64,000 nucleotides of DNA, from the NCBI GenBank assembly GCA_018401495.1, contig JAGYJX010000013.1, forward strand, positions 9,619-73,618. The letters are read 5' to 3'. The notes under the pieces were generated by a model. The model saw nothing but the letters and a program-made list of their open reading frames with translations. It was not told the origin of the DNA and searched no databases. Below are positions 56,070-64,000 of the stretch, one piece after another (within the stretch, counting starts at the first letter, position 1; the number at the start of each line of letters is the position of its first letter). This DNA comes from Rhodospirillaceae bacterium (lineage in GTDB: Bacteria; Pseudomonadota; Alphaproteobacteria; Thalassobaculales; Thalassobaculaceae). A program made the position numbers and the translations under genes.

Positions 56070-56757
56070 GGGCGGCGTTTGCCACCGGGACCTTCGAGTG
56101 GGGCGACCAGGACGCCGACCCCACCCCCGTCGTCATGCCGGACAGGCGCGCCGCCCCGGCGCGGCCGAGCCGGAAGCCCACGGGGCGACGGGCACAGGCC
56201 GCGGCAAGCGCGGTGCGTCGGGTGCTGGTCCGTCCCGCCCGCGGCGGCCCGGTCCGGAATGACGACGAGAGCGGGCGCTGCCGCCGGGAGCTTCGACTGG
56301 GCGCCCGGGGGCTACCCCACCCCGGCCAGGCTTCACGTAGAGCGGGCCCAACCCACCCCCATCGTCATTCCGGACGGACGCGCCGCCCGGCGCGGCCGAG
56401 CCGGAAGCCACGGGGCGACGGGCAGAGGCCGCTGCAAGCGCGGTGCGCCGGGTGGGTTCCGGCTCCGTCCCGCCTGCGGCGGCCCGGTCCGGAATGACGA
56501 CGAGAGAGCGGGCGCTGCCGCCGGGAGCTTCGACTGGGCGCCCCGGGGGCCACCCCACCCCGGCCAGGCTTCAAGTAGAGCGGGCCCACCCCACCTCGGC
56601 CAGGCTTCACGTAGAGCGGGTCCACCCCACCCCCATCGTCATTCCGGACGGACGCGCCGCCCGGCGCGGCCGAGCCGGAACCCACGGTGCGACGAGCACA
56701 GGCCGCGGCGGCCCGGTCTGGGATCACGACACGAGAGGGGGCGCTGCCGCCGGGGCG
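56070..56757. repeat. tandem array of about three 230-270-bp units built from CGTC-type REP palindromes, with an internal 36-bp duplication
   Basis: CGTCAT(T/G)CCGGAC at 56131, 56363 and 56637; inverted GTCCGGAATGACG at 56252 and 56487; 36-mer at 56313, 56551 and 56587. Confidence 0.92.
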
Positions 56758-56801
56758 ACCGGCGAGCGCGTTTGACCAATGTCCAACTCCGAGCCGAACA
56801 T

Positions 56802-56840
56802 AAAAAGGCCGGACCCCCCGAGCGTGTGGGGGATCCGGCC
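56802..56840 (-). terminator. rho-independent terminator of the aceA transcript
   Basis: Minus strand GGCCGGATCCCCC-loop-GGGGGGTCCGGCC followed by TTTTT. Confidence 0.85.
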
Positions 56841-56864
56841 CGATCGTCCGGGAAAGGGATGGGG

Positions 56865-57065
56865 TCAGGCGTGAGCCGACCCCTCCCGGACGATCGTGAA
56901 GCGGGCGGTGCAGACGCTGCGGGTCGCGACGGCGACGGTTTCCCAGGCCTTGCGGGCGTCCTGCGGATCGCCGTAGGGCCCCATGATGGTCCCGGTGCCG
57001 TCGAGCAGCTTGTCGAAGGCGGTGCTCTCGTACTCGCCGCCGATCACCCAGTAGCGTTCGGACAT
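56865..57065 (-). CDS. small DUF4170-like protein (66 aa)
   Basis: AAGGAGGA RBS; YWVIGGEYESTAF, GPY, ARKAW, RFTIV. Confidence 0.8.
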   Translation of the reverse strand: MSERYWVIGGEYESTAFDKLLDGTGTIMGPYGDPQDARKAWETVAVATRSVCTARFTIVREGSAHA

Positions 57066-57087
57066 GGTTCGATCCTCCTTGGTTCGG

Positions 57088-58389
<1,302 letters not shown>

Positions 58390-58533
58390 CGGTGGTCCTC
58401 CTCGGGACGGTAACGGCGGCGGACCCTGTTTGTCGCGCCGCAACATGATGGGCATTTGTTCACGAGGAACCGAGCAAGACCATAAGGCGTTGCTTGAAAA
58501 CGGGTAACAGCGTGATAGTTGTCAACAGCACTC

Positions 58534-58556
58534 ACAAGAAATTGTAATTCTTGTAA
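58534..58556. promoter_or_regulatory. putative operator of the ScfR/RamB regulator
   Basis: ACAAGAA-N7-TTCTTGT inverted repeat overlapping two TTGTAA direct repeats, in an AT-rich patch between the divergent aceA and regulator genes. Confidence 0.6.
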
Positions 58557-58630
58557 AGAATATCGCGAGTGCGAAGGAAATGCCCTAGACTGGTGAGGCG
58601 CGGCGAGAGCGAGGAAGGACGGCTGATCCC

Positions 58631-60070
58631 ATGGCGATCGAACGGCTGGACCGCAAGGCGATGCTGGGGCACAAGGTCCGCCGCTTCCGGCAGGACCAGG
58701 GCCTGAGCCAGACCGAGATGGCGGCGCAGATCGGCATCTCGCCGAGCTATCTCAACCTGATCGAGCACAACCAGCGGCCGGTCACGGTCCCCCTGCTGTT
58801 CAAGCTCGGCAACGCCTTCGAGATCGACCTGAAGGAATTCGCCGAGGACGACGACCAGCGGCTGGCCGCCGGGCTTTCCGAGGTGTTCGGAGACCCGTTG
58901 TTCAACGGCCAGGGCGTGTCGGAGCGCGAGATGCGCGAACTGGTGGCGGCCGCCCCGGCCGCGGCCCAGGGCGTGCTTACCCTGTACCGCGCCTACCGTC
59001 GGATCTGGGAGAGCGCGCAGGCTCTGGCGCACGAGGCCGGGGGCACGGTGGGCGCACCACTGTCATCCGACAACCCGGTCGAGGCGGTCCGCGACGTGCT
59101 GGAGGCCGAGACCAACCACTTCGAGGATCTGGAGCGCGCCGCCGAGGAGATCTGGGAGGAGGCGGCGCTCGACCGCGACGCGCTGTTTGCCGGGTTGCGG
59201 GCCCATGCCAGGGCGGCCCTCGGCGTCGAGGTCCGGGTGATGCCGGTCGAGGTGATGGGCGACACGCTGCGGCGCTGGGACTATCACCGCCGCCGGATCC
59301 TGATCTCGGAGACGCTGCTGCCGTCGGCGCGGACCTTCCACCTGGCGGTGCAGATCGCCTTGATCGGCCAGCGCGAGCGGCTCGATCGACTGGTGGAGCG
59401 CGTCGAACTGCCGAGCGAGGAGGCGCGGGGCCTGCTGCGGATGACGCTGGCGAATTATTTCGCGGGCGCGCTGATGATGCCGTACGGACCGTTCCTGCAG
59501 GCCGCCAAGGATTTGCGCTACGACATCGAATTGCTGCGCCGCCGGTTCGGCGCCAGCGTCGAGCAGGTCTGCCACCGCCTGACCACCATGCAGCGCCCCG
59601 GGGCGCGCGGCGTGCCGTTCTTCTTCCTGCGGGTCGACAACGCCGGCAACATCTCCAAGCGGCTGTCCGGCGGCGGTTTCCAGTTCGCGCGTTTCGGCGG
59701 CCCCTGCCCGCGGCTGGTCGTGCACGACGTGTTCCGGACCCCGGGTCAGATGCACACCCAGGTGGCGCGGCTGCCCGACGACACCACCTTCCTGATCGTC
59801 GCCCGCACCCTGGACCCGATCGGCGGGGGCCGGGACCCGCTGCTGCCGCGCTACGCGATCGCGCTGGGCTGCGACCACAGGGACGCCCGCCACCTGGCCT
59901 ATGGCGACGCGGTCGATGCCAAGCGCGCGGGCGACGTCACGCCGGCGGGCGTCAGCTGCCGGGTGTGCGAGCGCCTGGACTGCACCCAGCGCGCCCACCC
60001 GCCGGTCAACCATCGCTTGCGCGTCGACCAGGCACTGCGGCGGGCGCAGCCCTTCGACTTCGTGCGGTGA
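58631..60070 (+). CDS. ramB: short-chain fatty acyl-CoA regulator (ScfR/RamB family, XRE HTH)
   Basis: ISPSYLNLIEHNQRP HTH, ANYFAGALMMPY, EQVCHRLTT, C-terminal CRVCERLDCTQRA; divergent from aceA. Confidence 0.88.
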   Translation: MAIERLDRKAMLGHKVRRFRQDQGLSQTEMAAQIGISPSYLNLIEHNQRPVTVPLLFKLGNAFEIDLKEFAEDDDQRLAAGLSEVFGDPLFNGQGVSEREMRELVAAAPAAAQGVLTLYRAYRRIWESAQALAHEAGGTVGAPLSSDNPVEAVRDVLEAETNHFEDLERAAEEIWEEAALDRDALFAGLRAHARAALGVEVRVMPVEVMGDTLRRWDYHRRRILISETLLPSARTFHLAVQIALIGQRERLDRLVERVELPSEEARGLLRMTLANYFAGALMMPYGPFLQAAKDLRYDIELLRRRFGASVEQVCHRLTTMQRPGARGVPFFFLRVDNAGNISKRLSGGGFQFARFGGPCPRLVVHDVFRTPGQMHTQVARLPDDTTFLIVARTLDPIGGGRDPLLPRYAIALGCDHRDARHLAYGDAVDAKRAGDVTPAGVSCRVCERLDCTQRAHPPVNHRLRVDQALRRAQPFDFVR

Positions 60071-60163
60071 CGCGCCGCAGCCGGGATCCGTCGCGCGTTG
60101 CCGGTTGTTGCCGCCGCTTCGATACTGGTAGCGTGAACGTCCCGCCTGGTGTCAAACGACGGA

Positions 60164-60832
60164 ATGCGCACGCTCTTTCACCTCGCTCTGTCGCCGCAGT
60201 CGCGTCTGGTCCGTCTCGTCCTCGGCGAGAAGCGGATGGAGGCGCATCTGCGGGCCGAGCCGATCTGGGACCGGCGCGAGGACTTCCTGGCGATCAATCC
60301 AGCCGGCGAGGTGCCGGTGCTGGTCGAGGATGACGGCACCACGATCGCCGGCGCCGGCCCGATCGCCGAGTATCTCGAGGAAACCCATCCGGAGCCGCCG
60401 CTGCTGCACGGCGGCGCCGCCGAGCGCGCCGAGATCCGCCGGCTGTTCAGCTGGTTCGACCGCAAGTTCGACCGCGAGGTCACCGACCTTCTGGTCGGCG
60501 AGAAGGTGCTCAAGCGGTTCCTCGGCATCGGCGAGCCCTCGAGCGAGGCGATTCGCGCCGGGCATTCCAACATCGCCATCCACCTCGACTACATCGGCTG
60601 GCTGGCGGAACGCCGGACCTGGCTGGCCGGCGACCGCTTCTCGCTCGCCGACGTGGCGGCGGCGACGCATCTGTCGTGCGTCGACTATCTCGGCGACGTT
60701 CCCTGGGACCGCAACGCCGAGGCCAAGGACTGGTACGCCCGCGTCAAGTCGCGGCCGAGCTTCCGGCCGCTGCTGGCCGACCACGTCTCCGGCCTGCGTC
60801 CCGCCAAGCACTACGCCGATCTGGATTTTTGA
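60164..60832 (+). CDS. fzlA: FtsZ-binding GST-like protein FzlA
   Basis: NPAGEVPVL, LSCVDYLGDVPW, WYARVKSRPSFRPLL, C-terminal HYADLDF. Confidence 0.9.
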   Translation: MRTLFHLALSPQSRLVRLVLGEKRMEAHLRAEPIWDRREDFLAINPAGEVPVLVEDDGTTIAGAGPIAEYLEETHPEPPLLHGGAAERAEIRRLFSWFDRKFDREVTDLLVGEKVLKRFLGIGEPSSEAIRAGHSNIAIHLDYIGWLAERRTWLAGDRFSLADVAAATHLSCVDYLGDVPWDRNAEAKDWYARVKSRPSFRPLLADHVSGLRPAKHYADLDF

Positions 60833-60845
60833 TCCGGTCGCGTCA

Positions 60846-61639
60846 TCAGCGGCGGCCCAACGCCTCGAGTTCGAGGCGGGCCGCCCGGGCTGCCGGGCTG
60901 TCCGGATCCAGCCGGATCGCCTCCTCCCAGCTCCGTCGCGCCGACGCGGGGTCGCCGGCCATCCGCTCCAGGATGCCGCGCTCGAGCCAGGCCTCGGGAA
61001 GACCGGGATCGAGGCCGATGGCGCGGAGAACGTCGTCGCGCGCCAGGTCGACCGCGTCGAGATAGCGGTACGCGGACGCGCGGTAGAGCAGCGCCCCGGA
61101 TCGCGGGGATCGAGTTCGACGGCCACGTTCAGGTCGTCGATGGCATCCCAGGACTTGCCGAGGCTCAGCCGGCTGAGCGCCCGGTCGAGGCGAAGCTGGC
61201 GCACCGCCGGCGCCAGGTCGATCGCCCGCCCCTGGATTCGCTCGGCGCGCTCGGGCTGGCCGGCGAGGAGCCACGCCTGGCCGGCCTGGGCAAGCAGGCC
61301 GACCCGTCGTGCCGGCTCGGTCGCCGGGGTTTCCCGGCCAGCGCCTCCAGATCGGCGGCCGCCTCGGCGTATCGGCGCAGTCCGATCAGCGCGACCGCGG
61401 CGCAGTGCCTGGCTGGCGCGCCGCCGTCGCGCCGCTGCCACCCCGTCGCCTCGTCGAGCGCGGACTGCGGGTCTGTCTGCGTCCTGTCCATGCAACGGTC
61501 GTAGGCGGCGCTCCGCTCGGCCTGCCGATCCGGCGACGTCGCGGCGGCGGAGCCGGCCGCGACCAGCGTGGCGATGGCCATGGCGAGGACAGCGTTAACG
61601 CTTCGGTAACCAGCGGCGCCTACCGTTCTGGCGCGACAT
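60846..61639 (-). CDS. exported TPR-repeat protein (2-3 frameshifts; start 61639 or 61581)
   Basis: Signal-like AVLAMAIATLVAAGSAAA, YDRCM, ARHCAAVALIG, LLAQAGQAWLLAG, AWLERGIL. Confidence 0.78.
61595..61610 (+). promoter_or_regulatory. CtrA-box-like site TTAA-N7-GTAAC
   Basis: One mismatch to TTAA-N7-TTAAC; 45 bp upstream of the kinase ATG. Confidence 0.45.
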
Positions 61640-61654
61640 CGAAGGACGACGGTC

Positions 61655-62393
61655 ATGATGAACACCGGCCTCGACACGGCGGAGGGCAGCCGTCGGCTCT
61701 CGCGCGAGGCGGCCGACCAGTTGCGCGAGATCGCGCACGAGTTGCGCAACCCGCTCAACGCCTTGACGGCGATCGCCGAGATCTTCCGGGACCAGCGTTT
61801 CGGCCCGCTGCCCGGCGATCGGTACATCGAGTACGCGACGCTCGCCCACGGCGCCGCGCAGCGCATGCTGCAGCTTTGCGACCGGTTGTTGCTGGAGGAC
61901 CCGGCCGCCCGCTCGCCGGGCACGATGCCGGTCGGCGAGGTGCTGTCGGACGTCGTCCGTCTGTTCGGCCCGATGGCCGAGGAGCGCGGCGTGACGCTCT
62001 CGCTCGACATGCCCGACGTCGTTTCCCGCGATCCGGGTCGAGGCCGAGGCGCTGACCTCGGCGGTCAACAACCTGGTGGTGAACGCCATCAAGTTCACGC
62101 CGCGGGGCGGGCGGGTGACCGTGTCGGCGCGCATCGAGGCGAGCGAGAACGTCGCCGTTCTGGTGATTTCGGACACCGGCGTCGGCATGGATCCGGACGA
62201 CATCGTCCGCATCATGTCGCCCGGCTGGGCCGGCCTGCAGACCACGCTCGGGGTGCACGGCGATGCCGGCAACGGCATGGGCCTCGCCGCCACCCGCCGG
62301 CAGGTCGAGCTGCTCGGCGGCACCCTGGAACTGCGGTCCCGAAAGGGGTTCGGCACCTGCGCCATCATCCGACTGCCGCGCGATCCTGGTTGA
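61655..62393 (+). CDS. sensor-less histidine kinase, PleC/DivJ (PdhS)-like (frameshift near 62022)
   Basis: H-box AHELRNPLNA, FGPLPGDRYIEYA; second frame NLVVNAIKFT, DTGVGM, GNGMGLA. Confidence 0.85.
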
Positions 62394-62402
62394 CCGGGAC
62401 CG

Positions 62403-63170
62403 TCATCCCGGCAGCAGCGATGTCACGGTCGCCGCCAGAATGGCCAGGTCGCGGTCGGTCGACAGCCGGTGGTCGCCGTTCTTGATCAGCCGGACTTCGA
62501 CGTCCTCGCCGTCCAGTCGGTCGGCCAGCGTCAGCGCGTGGCGGTACGGCACGTCCGGATCGCGCATGCCATGCAGCAGCCGGACCGGGGCGGCGATCGG
62601 GATCGGCGCGCGCAGCAGCAGATGGCTCCGGCCGTCCTCGATCAGGTCCATGGTGACGACCGTCGGCGTGTCGGAATACTCCGACGGCAGGCGCAGGATC
62701 CGGTCGCGCAGCAGGGTGGCGCGCTGCGCCGCGTCGAACTCGGCCCACATCAGGTCCTCGGTGAAGTCCGGCGCCGCCGCGATGCCGATCAGGCCGGCCA
62801 CCCGGTCGGGTCGCGCCAGCGCCAGCATCAGCGCGATCCAGCCGCCCATCGACGAGCCGACCAGGATCTGCGGCCCGTCGGTCAGCGTGTCGAGTGCCGC
62901 CAGCGCGTCATCCCGCCAACGGCCGATGGTGCCGTCCTCGAATCGGCCGGAAGACTGGCCGTGGCCGCGGTAGTCGAAGCGCAGGAAGCTGTGGCCGTGC
63001 GCCACGGCGTGCGCTTCCAGGACGGTCGCCTTGGTCCCGGTCATGTCGGACGCGTAGCCACCGAGGAACACCACGCCGGGCGTCCGACCCGGGGTGCGAT
63101 GATAGGCCAGGGTGACGCCGTCCGCGGTCTCGAGGCGGTCGGGTGACGCCGGCTGCAGGGCGTGCGGCAT
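62403..63170 (-). CDS. alpha/beta hydrolase (ABHD10-like)
   Basis: SDMTGTKA, RFDYRGHGQS, nucleophile GSSMGG, DPDVP, GDHRLS. Confidence 0.9.
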   Translation of the reverse strand: MPHALQPASPDRLETADGVTLAYHRTPGRTPGVVFLGGYASDMTGTKATVLEAHAVAHGHSFLRFDYRGHGQSSGRFEDGTIGRWRDDALAALDTLTDGPQILVGSSMGGWIALMLALARPDRVAGLIGIAAAPDFTEDLMWAEFDAAQRATLLRDRILRLPSEYSDTPTVVTMDLIEDGRSHLLLRAPIPIAAPVRLLHGMRDPDVPYRHALTLADRLDGEDVEVRLIKNGDHRLSTDRDLAILAATVTSLLPG

Positions 63171-63223
63171 TGTGCTAGCTTCCCGGTGGGTTGGACATCA
63201 ACACGAATGCGTTGGAAGGGCCG

Positions 63224-64000
63224 GTGAACGAGCCACTCGATCAGGGTGCGACGAACCCTTCGGATGCTAGCAGGATCATCGAGGACTACGAAGCCTTCCG
63301 CCGCCTCACCCCGCGTGGGGCGCCGACGGTGCTTCAGGTCCTTCCGGCCCTGGTGTCGGGCGGCGTGGAGCGCGGCACGGTCGACGTCGCGCGCGCGCTC
63401 GTCGAGGCCGGATGGCGCGCCCTGGTGGTGTCGCGCGGCGGCCCGATGGTGCACGAGCTGGAACGGGTCGGCGCCACCCACGTCACCCTGCCGGTGCACT
63501 CCAAGAACCCGCTGGACTGGCGCTCCAACTACGACCGCCTGACCGACCTGCTGTGGCGCGAGCGTGTCGACCTGGTGCACGCCCGCTCGCGGATGCCGGC
63601 CTGGATCGCGTGGCGCGCGGCGCGCCGCGCCGGGGTGCCGTTCGTGACCACCTTCCACCAGCGACCGGCCGCCGCGAGCGCGCTGAAGCGGCTGTACAAC
63701 TCGGTGATGGTGCGCGGCGACCGGGTGATCGCGATCTCGCACTATATCGCCGAACGGCTGGTGGCCGATTACGCCCTCGACCCGGCGAAGCTGCGGGTGA
63801 TCCCGCGCGGTGTCGATCTCGGCCTGTTCGATCCCGACCGGGTCGCGGCCGAGCGGCTGGTCCGCCTGGTCGAGCGCTGGCGGGTGCCGGACGGCGTGCC
63901 GGTCGTCCTGCTGCCGGCGCGGGTGACGCAGTGGAAGGGGCATGGCCTGCTGGTCGACGCCCTGGCCAGGCTGGAGCGCGGCTCGGTGCACTGCCTGATG
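63224..64000 (+). CDS. glycosyltransferase family 4, runs off the window end
   Basis: Hand translation from GTG 63224: TVLQVLPALVSGGVERGT, VHARSRMPAW, YNSVMVRGDRVIAIS, IPRGVD, RVTQWKGH. Confidence 0.9.
   Translation, partial: MNEPLDQGATNPSDASRIIEDYEAFRRLTPRGAPTVLQVLPALVSGGVERGTVDVARALVEAGWRALVVSRGGPMVHELERVGATHVTLPVHSKNPLDWRSNYDRLTDLLWRERVDLVHARSRMPAWIAWRAARRAGVPFVTTFHQRPAAASALKRLYNSVMVRGDRVIAISHYIAERLVADYALDPAKLRVIPRGVDLGLFDPDRVAAERLVRLVERWRVPDGVPVVLLPARVTQWKGHGLLVDALARLERGSVHCLM

Noticed and set aside
56313-56622. 36-bp repeats as a CRISPR array
   Set aside because: Two copies are directly adjacent, the intervening DNA is itself repeated rather than unique spacers, and no cas genes are present.

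Overview
GC-rich alphaproteobacterial chromosome segment, Rhodospirillales-like by gene content (fzlA, PAS_5 and DUF2336 proteins, thrB-rnhA, ScfR/RamB regulator with aceA). It is mostly housekeeping: an M16 peptidase pair, pgi, mutL, ubiA, gcvTHP behind a tandem glycine riboswitch, a three-subunit molybdenum hydroxylase, a GMC oxidoreductase, ispH-thrB-rnhA, dsbD, cvrA, mscL, rmuC, def-fmt-truA, dapD/dapE, ffs-dnaX-ybaB-recR, rpmH-rnpA-yidD-yidC-engB-argB, eda, aceA with its regulator, and fzlA. About 16 genes, including essential ones, are split by roughly two dozen single-base indels, most likely long-read assembly errors. I saw no CRISPR array, tRNA, rRNA, IS element or prophage. The best candidates for something undescribed are: (1) an unannotated 25-codon leader ORF rich in rare CGA Arg codons, followed by a hairpin, upstream of a GNAT gene; (2) a two-module toxin-antitoxin islet ending in an internally deleted peptidase remnant; (3) a sensor-less PleC/DivJ-type kinase with a CtrA-like box; (4) a nested tandem array of CGTC-type palindromic repeats; (5) a Mo-hydroxylase with an AYRAPG loop; (6) a fluoroacetate-dehalogenase-like hydrolase coupled to an RraA/HMG aldolase gene. 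All family assignments come from recognising motifs by eye, not from database searches.
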